A DNA stretch of 60,201 nucleotides, filler included, from Catajapyx aquilonaris (taxonomy: Eukaryota), in the NCBI GenBank assembly GCA_000934665.2. It is 3 parts of 3 records of this genome, joined end to end, with 100 filler letters (N's around TTAATTAATTAA, not from the genome) between each part and the next. Parts side by side here need not be neighbours in the genome. Positions count along the whole stretch, not along the records: positions 1 to 20,130 come from KZ539522.1; positions 20,231 to 40,165 come from JYFJ02006360.1; 1 more part is not named here. One strand, written 5' to 3'. The position numbers and the translations under genes are program-made. The notes beneath the pieces were generated by a model, which worked only from the letters and a program-made list of their open reading frames with translations, was not told where the DNA came from and searched no databases. Each line of letters starts with the position of its first letter. Positions within the stretch are counted from its first letter, which is position 1. Positions 13,135-25,200 of the stretch are shown in pieces.

Positions 13135-13534
13135 CAGTTGATAATCCTTTATCCGAAATTCCGAAAGTTCATTTGAGTGCCGACATCACGTATCACAAAT
13201 GGAAGAATTCCGTGTGAGTGTGACATGACCTGCATCTGCACGTCAGTATAAAAAAATATTTAAAATATGTAACTAATACATAAACCCTGCATGCAGGGTT
13301 TATGCAACCTCTCTATAGTAGGTATATTAAAAGTTATATAGCCTATAAGAAATGTAAATGAATATTGTGTTATTAAGGCACTTATCCCATCCCAAATCCG
13401 TCCCATTTTATATAGTTGCAAATATATTAGACACATTATACATTATATTCCGAAATCCGAAAAAAATCAGAATTCCGACTAAAAACTGCTGATATACCAA
13501 CTACCAAGCAATTCGGATAAAGGATTCTCAACTG
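13135..13534. mobile_element. Tigger-type MITE resembling Tigger4/MER46C
   Basis: TA|CAGTTGATAATCCTTTATCCGAA ... TTCGGATAAAGGATTCTCAACTG|TA, repeated ATCCGAAA motifs. The family resemblance is from recalled consensus, not a search. Confidence 0.85.
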
Positions 13535-13931
13535 TATAACCTTTAAACCTTATGCACTGTTTCAATACCTATATATGCTCCATTGCCCGATCTATACACA
13601 GGGTGGTAGGTACCCTGCTGCCCAAGGGGTCGTCCACAAAGTACATCACTCTGGTAGGGGATGGGGGACGATTCAAGTTTGATCGACCATGACTTGGGGT
13701 ACAGGGGTAGCGGGTAGGGCTTCGAAAGAGCGTGACGTCACGCTTGAAAGTTGTAACAAAACAATATACGGCAATGATAACTTACAGGATCGGCCACATT
13801 AAAGCAAGCTTTCACTATTAATCCTCGCCTTTTATCGGAAACACAGAAATCGATGCACCGTATAAGGACGTAATTATTTTTTTAAACCTCTAATAAAATC
13901 CAGTGCAATTTAAAATCCTGGACTCATTATT

Positions 13932-15722
13932 AAGTGAAACCTGCCAAGTATTGGACACCTCCCTCCCTATATGCTTGACATTATTTTTGGAGCCGTGAAA
14001 AAGCCTATGCCTTGTAATGCTGCTAAGTTAGAAACTTCCCCATCCCCCTCTTAAGATGGACACGTGCAGCACAATTTTCACATGTACATACTCTATAATA
14101 ATTATATACATGCAGGCCTATTCAATATTTTTCCACCTAAAACCTGAGCCATGCTCATCTCTGCAAACATAATTTGTGAAGCATGTCTTCATGTCGTCAA
14201 GTCACTCAAGTGACATTGTCCACTGTATGACAACAGCATCCTGACAACGGAGCATGAATATATGGTGGCAATGCAGATGAGGTGCTGAATCAGGTGTTGC
14301 AGAATATGCAAAGCAAATGTTCTGAAGAGGAATGCACTGTAAAACCTGATGGTTGGGACTATATAAACCCTCTCATCGGGATGCCCTTGAGTGCATTAAA
14401 AAATTATAACTTAATGTTTTGGCACGCCACTCTTATTAATTATTGGCGGCATTTTTTTGCTGCCCAAAGGAAAAATTAAATTTCTCTGAGACTCTGACGA
14501 ATCATAAAACGAGTCACTAATTGTTACCGATTTATGAACCAAAAAGTATAGGACAGTTTCAGAAATTGCGCATGTAATAGGCTATACACTTTGCTGTACT
14601 GTACTGAAAATATGAAAACGTGCATTGAAAGTGGGTTACTGGATGATTATTGTAGGCTACAGTAATTATACAGGGTGATCCAACTCTACGGCACCAACAG
14701 TTATTGGAAAAATCAGCAAGCTGCTTGTTTATAAGCAGGTCGTTGCTAAGAGATCAATAAGAGATACTTTCTGGAGAATCGGGAATAGCACATGCTGATA
14801 TTAGGTCCAATGCCCATGTAACAATTAATGAGGGAAAAAAGGGTCATCAGTGGGAAACAGACCTGTTCTGGTGTTCGCTGGAGGGTTTCACATGAGGTCA
14901 CTATAGCTGCCAAACCACAGGCCTAATCCGTCGGAACTGGACAGGGTGTGTCAATAAATATAGGCCTTCTGGTCTGTTCATTGTTGGCCGCAGACCCGCA
15001 GTTGTCGCAACTGAGACAGGTCAACAGTCAGCGTTGTTTAGTTACCAGTAAATAAATAGTTCTTGTAGAGTCAGGACCAGGACATGCCTTACTCAGGGGG
15101 CCTGTTTGAGGGCCGCCCAAGGGCTTCTTGGGTTCTAACAGTACAGTCTGCATTGGGCATTCTCTCATTAATTGGTACATGCATGGGCATTGGACCTAAT
15201 ATCAGCAGGTGCTAAGACTGGTAACTAAACAACGCTGCCTGTTGACCTGTCTCAGTTGCGCCAACTGCGGCCAACAATGAACAGACCAGAAGGCCTATTT
15301 ATACACACACGGGTCTGTCCAGTTCCGACGGATTAGGCCTGTGGTTTGGCAGCTAGTGACCTCATGTGAAACCCTCCAGCGAACACCAGAACAAGCCTGT
15401 TTCTCACGGATGACCCTTTTTTCCCTCATTAATATTGTTACATGGGCATTGGACCTAATATCAGCCGGTGCTATTCCCGATTCTCCAGAAAGAGCCAGAA
15501 AGCATCTCTTAGCAACGACCTGCTTATAAACAAGTAGCTTGCGCGATTTTTCCAATAACTACTGGTGCCATAAAGTTGGATCACCCTGTATATACTTACA
15601 CGTACATTACTGTGCTGCACTATGAAACCTAATATATTGAAATCCTAATGTTGGACACCTCCCTATATATGTTGGACATTTTCCTTGGAACCGTGTCCAA
15701 CATATATAGACAGGTTCCACTG
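13932..15722. mobile_element. Old pogo/Tigger-like element hosting a younger foldback MITE
   Basis: Left AGTGAAACCTGCCAAGTATTGGACAC and right GTGTCCAACATATATAGACAGGTTCCACTG. TTGGACACCTCCC subterminal repeats occur at both ends. Confidence 0.65.
14671..15588. mobile_element. Long-arm foldback Tc1/mariner-type MITE
   Basis: TA|CAGGGTGATCCAACT ... AGTTGGATCACCCTG|TA. Inverted arms of about 370-380 bp (14671-~15050 and ~15218-15588); the spacer carries a third partial copy of arm sequence (~15160-15215). Confidence 0.9.
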
Positions 15723-17128
15723 TTTTAGCTGAGATTTTCTCCTTAAAACACGTCGGTATTACGACATATATACCACCATTACCACGTGCATTTTACGGGC
15801 GTATTTCCAAGTGGATATAAAGTAAATCCCTCTTAAGTCCTGCTACCGTATATATCAAGGGTGTTTTTCTGCCCAGCAAGGTGACCGTCCAATAGGAGTT
15901 TATGCTGGGAAGAGTTAATGGATAATTCACTCACATGCAATAAAAGGTGAATGCATGTGATTGCTGTGCCGAGACTGGATGCAATACAAATCTGGACCAG
16001 GAGTGAGCAATGCATCAACTTTCCCCCTTCTCGGCGTATTTTACCCACTCAAAACTGCACCGCGCAACCCCCCACCAGTGCCACCACACCTACTCGGCAT
16101 GCGAGACGACGAAGCGGTGTTGCCGATTCTATTCCTGCCGCGGCTTCCCACACTTGACGTAATCGGCTCTTGCTATGTGATTTCACCCCGCAGGGAAGCC
16201 GGTATATCAAGAGCTGCCCGAAAAGGGCATCACGGTGGCAGGGAGGGGAAGGGGGATCTCGATTCACGTGACGGAGCGTGACGCTTCACGCTCAAGATCT
16301 GGTTTATAATTTATATGCCAGGCCGATTAAGCCCAGTATAAATATTGTAGGCCTGATAGTGTGTGGGAATGGGAGGCGGGGGTCAGATTATTTTAAGAAC
16401 GCCCTTGGTCGCTTCCCTTCGCATGGGCGCGCATGCAGATTAACCCCATCATGCTGCCAGAATAAGGAAGCGAAGGAAATAACGCAACAACCAAAGGTCT
16501 CCGTCTTCCAATGCAAGCAATAACTTCTTTAGCAGAGACGCCAATCACGCTTCGGCTTTCTTTGTTTCTTATAAGATGGCAGTACACCCCCTCAACTTTG
16601 GAATCGACTTGCCCAAAACACAAATAGTGGCGTATAGCGCATTCTTTCGGCGCAAAAGGTTTCCCTTATGGTTATAGTTATACGCAGGACATCGATAGAA
16701 CCAGATAGAACCTTGCTCCACAGGGTGCTACAAAAAGTGGGCACTCGGATTTAGGTTTCTTGCAATAGGGAAAAATTACCTAAGAGTTGATTTGATATAT
16801 GCTTATTTCGGATTCATTACACGCTGGTCACATTTTAGGGGTCATCCTGCGCGCCAGGTAACACGCCAAACATTCCAGCTTAGGGCCTAACACGGGTCAC
16901 TTGACGTGCAAAGTCACCGCAGCATGTATTGCGATTTGCGATTAGCAACTTAACAAGCTGTTATCTGACTTATCTCCGTAATGAAGCCGGCGCCTCCAAA
17001 ATAAACTAGGCCTATGGATACGTCAATTTCGTGCTCTGCTAAAAGGCTAAGCGGCCGAAGCCCAACGCATGAACTTGACTATCACACGATTTCATCCTCT
17101 TTCTCCTTTTCTTCCTTTCCTTTCCTTT

Positions 17129-17130
<2 letters not shown>

Positions 17131-17174
<44 letters not shown>
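17131..17174. repeat. (CT)n microsatellite with upstream polypyrimidine tract
   Basis: CT run preceded by TTTCC repeats. Confidence 0.9.
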
Positions 17175-17176
<2 letters not shown>

Positions 17177-17453
17177 AACTTAACTTGCGGGAGCATGCTT
17201 GCACGGACTGGAACTCTCAAGCTCATTTTACAGCACGACTTTCAAAGTGTCGGAGTAATAATTTTCATCCTGGAAAGTTGCGCCCCTTCAAGGCTTCACA
17301 CTCTCCACAGCCGATCACATCAATTAAGTTTCATAAGCTAATTGGGCTCTATCACTCCCCCTTTTTATAAAACCGAAACCCGCCAAAACCCTAAAAGTTA
17401 ATCGCCAGGAGCTAATTGAGCAACCATTAAAATTTAAAAGTCAATTTTAAATA

Positions 17454-17672
17454 CAGTTGAATCCGGATATAACAGCATCGGCTATAATAACAGACTTTCG
17501 GTTACTTATAAGAATATAAGTTATAACAGACTCGGAAGGCCGGTCCCGGCATACTTTCATAGGTGGGTTGTGTGTTCGGCTATAACAGACCTTGGTTATA
17601 ACATACGGTACCGTACCGTAATGGTACTGATTTCCGCAATCCCTTGAAGTCTGTTATATCCGGATTCAACTG
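17454..17672. mobile_element. pogo/Tigger-like MITE (CAGTTGAATCCGGATATAAC family), short copy
   Basis: TA|CAGTTGAATCCGGATATAACAG ... CTGTTATATCCGGATTCAACTG|TA, perfect 22-bp TIR; opposite orientation to 10391-10953. Confidence 0.9.
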
Positions 17673-18787
17673 TATCTGCCCACTCACAATTCATAGCGAA
17701 AAAATGACTAAACATTTTGCCGGAGCTATTTCCAATTATTAGTACAAAATATAAACTGTGGAGCTGTAAACTTTTTGCCCCCAACAAAAGACTAAAGACC
17801 GGTGGTATGAACAGAGTTATCGCTTGTTTACGTACCGTACATATACTAACTCCGTGGTTAACCCAAGCTCATATTCATTATGTGGTGCAAGTTGCACGCC
17901 CTATATGACGCACTTATACACAAAACACCAAACACGCTCTGCAGCACCATCTATGGGCAGTCCATCCCAGCGCACTAAATTTGAACAGCTTAATAATCCG
18001 GCCCTGATTACATTCATGTCGTGACAAGCCATCAAATAGAAGCGATGACGTCAGGGCGGATCGGGCCACTGAAGCGGTTCTGCGGTGGGAGGAAAGCACT
18101 CGGCGGCACTCGCCCTCTTTCCAAGGCAGACTGGGCGCGAGACCAGCCAAGCTTTCCTACCACCCTGACGTCACTCCGCAGCCTGCCTCTGATTGGTCCG
18201 TCCGCCGCGCCTATTCAATATGGTTTCCGATGGACTTGTGCGTGTCCGACACAAATCACACAATCATTTCGGCCTATTTCAGGGAAAATTGGAGATCTAT
18301 TCAATCTATTCAGACTAACATGCACGATATGGGCCTGTAACAACAGCTGTCAAGTGCTCGTTCAGAGAACATGCCCAGTATAGGAATACTCCATGCTGTT
18401 TACCGATGCACAGAGCAGCACATGGAATGTGGGATGAAGCTACGTAGGGGCTATGACCAGGGCTCGGTGCTGTCAAAAATGTGCCGTGGTTCGCGGCCGG
18501 TTTACAGATAGCTTGCAAACTTGCAACCCCAAGTTATTGTAACTAAATAGCATCAGATTCCGATTGTGCTGGTGGGTCCTCAGAAAGGTCCCGCGTTATC
18601 CGGAACGCCAACTTGATTTTTTAAATGTTAACATAACTTAATTATGGTATCAACCAATCCAATCTGGCCTAACCGCTACCATTTCAGACCAAAATTAACG
18701 ATTTATTTGAATTTTATGTTGGCAGCCGTGAGCTTCAGGGTGACGCATCAGAGTTATCGTTCTCTGAGCCTTTATTCGCCTATATAG

Positions 18788-19012
18788 CAGTGGTTCCCAG
18801 GGGGTCGCGCGTGGCCGCGGTTATTTTTATAAATTAACAAACAAGTAAAATTTTAAAAATAAATAACCCAAATTTTATGTGAAATTTCACCACGGAGGTT
18901 TTTTTTCAACGCCCACTTACACTCGAGAAAGGGGGGGGGGGGGGGGGGNNNACGCAGGTTACTTGACTATCATAAAAGGGAGTGGCGACCCGAAAAAGGT
19001 TGGGAACCACTG
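18788..19012. mobile_element. hAT (Charlie/Buster-type) MITE
   Basis: CAGTGGTTCCCA ... TGGGAACCACTG termini with GGGTCGC/GCGACCC subterminal motifs. The 8-bp TSD is not recognisable. Confidence 0.75.
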
Positions 19013-19044
19013 GGGCACTGGGCACTGGTCTGTAGGCTGTAGTG

Positions 19045-19346
19045 TTAGGGGGGGAGGGGGGGTAGAACACCACCATATTTTCCATTCAATTTTCGTGTTT
19101 TTCTTCTAACTCCGTGCAGGGAAGAAAGGACATGAGGTAAAGATGGGGATTTTTGGAAGGAGACACAGGTGCCTGTGCAATGTCTGAAAAAGGGTCATGT
19201 GCAGTCTCCCTGGAGGTTATAGGTTGCCAGACGCCTCCAAAGGCGCGGGTCAGAGACCCTCCTGAGTCCTGACGCAGGCGAAAGGGAACTCCCGGGCGGG
19301 GTTCGCACCGAGACGTTACCGTCTCGGCCACCACCACGGCTCCCCC
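19045..19346 (-). mobile_element. tRNA-derived SINE, family 1
   Basis: Reverse complement aligns along its length with the SINE at 36349-36699; small deletion in the tRNA-like head. Confidence 0.8.
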
Positions 19347-19922
19347 AGGTGTGACATTCAAAGCCCCTTTTCTGAAAACGGTTCTCATGTGGGTTGACTG
19401 ATTATTGCATAACACCGTCAAATTAATAGGTCTATAGCCTACAGGTCCAAGCTATAGGGCAAACCAGGAGGGCTATACAGTGCTGAAATATTGGGGTCCA
19501 ATTGCTCCCAATTTGTAATTTCCTCGAGTTTCACTTGGCCAAAGAATAAGACCTAATGAAGCTGAAATAATTGTTATTTACAATAGGTGAATGGCAACGT
19601 ATTTTTTGAGCCCTTATTGTTCACCGATAGCCTATACTAACATTCAATGAACTTAATTGTGCAATAGAAGTATACTTCTATTGAACCATGTGGCAACCCT
19701 GGCAAATGATGTATTAGAATGTCAGTTTCAGAGAACAATATGAAATGAATGAAAATTGAACGTTGAATTAAAGTTTGAAATTATTTCAGGTTACTGCTGG
19801 CGCCTTCTGTGACCATTTAAATGAAGTTGAAAAGTATAAATCAGTCGGTCTAACACTTCGTGGCCAGTAGACTATTTAGCTCAGCTCTGTATCCAGTGCT
19901 ACGATATATATTATATACAGCA

Positions 19923-20130
19923 GGGGAGGCGGAGTGATGCTGCGGTAAGTATGCGCCCGCGGATGTTAAGGTCCCGGTTTCGATCCCAACCCGGGGACAC
20001 CCCCTTCATCTCGTGCAGAGTTCAGGGTCACCACTGGCTTCGTCTCGGGTGGTATTTCCACAGACTAAACCACCCGGGGGAGTTCACTAAAAATGGCCAC
20101 CACGTCAGATGCACTGCACTTGCACATCCC
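19923..20130 (+). mobile_element. tRNA-derived SINE, family 2 (cut by segment end)
   Basis: GGGGAGGCGGAGTG...GGTAA head with B-box-like GTTTCGATCCC; homologous to 40266-40557. Confidence 0.8.
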
Positions 20131-20230
20131 NNNNNNNNNNNNNNNNNNNNNNNNNNNNNNNNNNNNNNNNNNNNTTAATTAATTAANNNNNNNNNNNNNN
20201 NNNNNNNNNNNNNNNNNNNNNNNNNNNNNN
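20131..20230. other. Artificial contig linker
   Basis: 44 N + TTAATTAATTAA (stops in all six frames) + 44 N = 100 bp. Confidence 0.97.
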
Positions 20231-21364
20231 CTCGTTCCACCAACGATCCCCCTTCTTACAACCCACCTTAGCCATACCACAAATATCAACAGCACTACTC
20301 ACTAAGGAGGACTTGAAACAATCCCAACAATATAGGATTATAGGGTGTTCCAGAGTTGACCACTCACTCTTTGAAACGCAATTACTTTCGAACGGAATAA
20401 CATATATTTATTTAATGTACGTACCAAAACATCAAGGAAATACTAACTTAAGACCTGTTCTCCATGCTCCTACATTATGTTCCTACATTATATTAAACGT
20501 GAATAACTTATTGTGACCTGATAATGTTATTATAATTTCTGATACAATTTCTTGGAAATGTTATAGCCGTTTCAAAATCCATTGTTATTTAAAATAAAAA
20601 TTATTCCGTGCCTATTTTTCTGAAATACTGCTACGAGCGAAGCTAAATGAAAGTACATGTGCATGATCTTCCACGTTACTGTTTCTGTTTGAACCACGAG
20701 TAAGAGAGTCGTGATATTGCATAGTATTATTATATACACACAATATATAGATTGACAATATATTGCGAATTTTACGTAACAAAAATCAGTAAGCCAGGCA
20801 CGTAAGAAGTTATGAATGACATCCACGTGGATTTAATGTGATCTACGTTAGTCGTGCCTTACTTTACTCCAGATGTCAGAGAAATTATTTTCGAATATTG
20901 ATGGTGTAATAATCAAGGAAGAGGAACGCAAAAGCTGGTAGGTGGGAGATGATCAACTGTATCTATTTTTTGGTATTTACCCAAGTATAATATTATCACT
21001 GTTATAGCAAATATTAGTCTATGTATATTGACGACTGTCTTTTTTGGCAATCTCAAACTCTCATTTGTATAGGATTCGATGGAAACATGTACCACTTCTA
21101 TGCTTTTTCACTATTTCTACTTGGACATAGGTTCGGACACCTATACCTATGATGTGTGGATACGCATCCATTTTTTGGTGTTAACGTGGAGCAACTGCAT
21201 TTAAAAAATGGATCTTGACAGTGTTACCGGATAAGATGTAGGGCCTATCGCATTTTCAAGACGGTCGGAAGTGGTTGATACTGTACTAATCTTGTACAGT
21301 ACACTCATACACGGAATGACGGATATCCAGCAGGCGACCTGGAATATTCATTCACGTTGATTAC

Positions 21365-22222
21365 CTGAATTGTCCCGGCGGTCATTCCATTAGCCAGTCC
21401 CACAAAGACTCGGCCAGCGATGATCATGCGCGCTCCAGAAGCCGAGGCCACCAAAATCCAACCCAAAATAGTCGGAAAGCTGCTTATCTGCAGAGTGCGT
21501 CTTCGGCCCAGTTGTTCCGTCGAAAGCCCTCCCAGCAAACATCCCAAAGGAGCTGCTATGGCTGCGGTGCTTGCTGAAATCATGTCGAATATATTATACA
21601 CGAGGACACAATACACTGTGTTTAATTGAAATTGGTACTGGAAGCGCGTCTTTCTTCTGGATAAATTATGACGGCACTAATATTGTTGATGTTTCCTGAC
21701 ATTTACGTTATACCAGTGTCAGGTCGAGGTCTGACCCAGATTTGAGAGTAGTGGCGGCATTGACCCCTTTTTGTCGTCGGTAAAGGTCAGGTGGGCAAGA
21801 AATAGTGGAGGCAGAGCATCTGTTGGGCATAAGTCCAAGGCAAGGAAACTCGTGTGTCCGCATGCCTCTGAGCCAAGTTGAGATTGGACGCAGTTTACGA
21901 AGGTGATGTTATGCTGGGTGATCGCCCTGCACTCACCTATCCAAGACGCTTCTTCTGAGGTGGCGGAGATGTCCGGATCTGCTCTTAACTTAGGCAGTGC
22001 AACGCCAGAGAAGCCCAAGTTGAAACCAATACATATGGCGGCCAGATCAGTCACAAGTACTGTTCGAATCTACAGAAATAGCATTTTAAAACGAAACCTA
22101 TTTCTGACGGATGCTGGGGGAAAATTGCTGTAGAAGCTATTTACCTGTGGCCATACCGCGCCTTTTTGACTTCGTGACCATACACTTGTATCACCAGACG
22201 TCTCCTCATCTTCTGGATCCAT
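21365..22222 (-). CDS. Tret1/GLUT-like MFS sugar porter, paralog A (5' part only)
   Basis: Exons 22222-22145 (MDPED...AVWPQ), 22069-21937 (...EEASWI) and 21573-21365 (GRRRTL, AGRVFVGLANG), GT-AG and frame-consistent. Later exons are not found before the segment end. Confidence 0.85.
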
Positions 22223-25200
22223 CTTTCTTCAAAGGGTCAAACGTCGTTATACCTGCAACGTAAAGTGTATTACTGATTGTGATTGACCAATAATAATCGA
22301 CATTGAACTTATTATAGAATCCATTTTTGCAGGCCAGTCTCGCTTTCAGGCATTTAAAAGGATGGACCCATCATGCAACCTGATATTATCTGGTAATATT
22401 TTTGATAAGCAATCGAAGTTACTATTCAAAAGTTATTGCTACAGTTCATCCACATGCTTCCATAGGCACTGAGCCCACTGGACGAGAATACAAAATTGAT
22501 GATATATTGCTGTGGGTGTGTTTGTCATCTGATGCATTCAAGCTTCAAGAGGTAGAGCCTAGACATTATTTTGTTAGACAGATGGGTTTTTGATAGCATG
22601 CTTTAGACTCACCCAACATTCATGTCACATAGCCTATGAACTAACTCAGTCCACCATGGCAAGAAAAATGCACCTGAAACCCTTTCACAGTTAACTGCTA
22701 TAATAGAGAGTTAGTATGTATCATATATACTTTGGTGTTGAGAGAACATCTTGAGCAATATGCAAATGAAACAGGTGTAGAGGGAAGAAAAAACCCCAGT
22801 ATTACACGTCCGGCAAACCATTAGTTGCCACTTGAAACGTGTGTAAGTGGCACTGCATTGAAACGTAGAAGCAGACGCATTAGCATACAACGAGAGTCTA
22901 CGTAACCCGCCTTGACTTGAAACAGTGGTATATGCATGTACGGTAATGGAAACAATGTCTCTCCCCCGTACTAAGGCATGACATATATGAATTCCTACTA
23001 CGAAGCAGGTGCCATTGTTTTGCGCCAGCGGTTAGTCGATTCGACGTTATAACTGTCAGGTTATTGCTTCGCATGCAGCGGCACGCGTTCGATTAATTTC
23101 TCAGGAAAGGACAACGTACGGGCGTGTTCCCGGCAACGCGCACTAGGGCAATACCGATCGATTTGTACGTGACTGTCCCACGTGGATAGTACCAGAAGGC
23201 ACGCACTCCGATGCGACACGCACATTGTGACCCACAAGCCATATACACACTGAAGATGGGGGGTACACATGTGTTGGCACCGTCAATGAAGGGGTCGGGG
23301 GTATTTATAAACCGGACGTGTTGAAACGGACTGGAAGGAGAGGATTTTCTGTGGCGCAGTCTTTTGGGATCGGGTCGAACTTGGGACGATACGATGGATG
23401 TTGTACTGTAGTAGTACACAGCAGCAGACTCCTTTCTTACTCTTGCCCTTGAACCGGGTCGAATTCAGACGCAGGAAATGTGATTCAAGTTGCACGCTGT
23501 CAGTGATATAACAGAGCTTCCTGCTGCATGAGAACTATTGTACTACCAGACCTATATTGATGTGGCAGTAAGTTAGTACGTACATTACTTCTGTAGTTAC
23601 ATCACCGGGGGAGGACTTCCTCTCTTGTGAAAATGAATAGTTTTTTGGAGTAATCACATTTTGAAATATATCGTGATTGTGATACTACAGTCACGTGCAT
23701 ATGTTATATGAAAATTGTTGCCAACACACTGCGACATTGGGCGGATTAGTTTTTGTTCATTATTGCTTACATGATATGAGGAATTTGATTGCAATTTCTA
23801 TGAGGCGCATTATTCTGCTAGAGCGCAATGTTCAAACTACAAAGTGGTATATCGCTGGATCGAAGTTTCCGAAAAGGCTTAAAAAGCCTACTTGCATCTA
23901 TAGTGTGTGGCGAACATGCCGCGGGTGATATAGTACTTGTAAAATATTGCTGCTAAATCAATGCTGTTTCATTCAGTGTGTGGAAGGTTATTAAAATGCT
24001 TGTTTAAATTTAGGCTAGTATTGACCAACATTTTAGATTGTGCTCCTGGTTGGAACACAATTATTGAATTATTATTTGTGTTATATTTGATGCTACGATA
24101 AAGCACAGAGCACTTACGTAACAGTAATTGCTAGTGGTCGACTTCAGTGTAGCCGGAGATATGTCACTTTGTCCACGATGACTTTGGTACTGGTATAGTG
24201 ACGACTGGTAAACTAAGTCGATGTCCTCTGCTTGAATCCTTGAATAGTTGATACGCTTTAGTGATGTACTCGAACCTTTCAGATGTTAATACAGTTCGAG
24301 ACTGTCGGGATGAGTAATCTGAGTCAGAATAGATCCAAAAACGGAGTGACCCACCACTGAGGCGTTATTCTGGAGTCAGACTAAGTGGCTTGATTTATTA
24401 GGCCGGTTGCAATAGTTGACCCATTATTCACTCAATTTAGAAATTAAGTTGAAACATCTCCGCAGGCAACGGGCATTTCGTGAATGCTGTTAATACTGAA
24501 GCTTAAATGTAGACAGAAGGGTTGAAATAGTCTCCAATTAGTGGCCTTATCAAAATGCCACATGTCATCATATATGCCTCCTTGTAGAATGCCAGATGAA
24601 CTTTCAGAGGGGAGAGGTCTACTCCATAGTTACGTAACGAATTAATTTACTGCACACTTCAGCTATTTTAGCGCGGTAACCCTTTTCCAGAGGCGGATAG
24701 TTCATCCAAACGTGTGAATAAACATGTAAAGTAATACTGAACAGTTTGGAAAATTAATTAAGGTAGTACAGACTGGACAGGGGTTGAGTTCGCGTTGGTT
24801 TCAAAGAAGGTCCATTTCCAGCATAAAAGGTTTTAAACTGTTGAAAGACTGAGAAAGGTTCCCAAATGAGAAGCATGCTCAAATACTGTATATGCTAAAT
24901 ACGGCTAAATACGTGCTGCAATGTCAGAAGGTAGGAATTTTTAAAAATGTGTCAGTATATAATACAGTATAAATTTCGAGTATTGAAGCAAATGAACGTC
25001 ACCTTTAGTAATAATGATGCATGTTGATGCAGTGAGGCACGGTATACATTGTGTGCATATGCAGTGATCAGCAGTGTGTTCTGTGTTATTTTGGCGAAGT
25101 TTTCTCTTGCCAAAATTCCGTACCACTTGGTTTACGAAGGAAACAGCGTGCGTTCAATAGCTTCGCGACAAGAGGATTTTCAGATGCACAGGCAAATGTG

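Noticed and set aside
20175..20186. TTAATTAATTAA as a biological motif
   Set aside because: Centred in symmetric N runs at both joins; a synthetic spacer.
20231..22222. Paralog A (and D) as truncated pseudogenes
   Set aside because: The visible exons are intact and the missing exons fall beyond segment ends, so truncation is best explained by the assembly.
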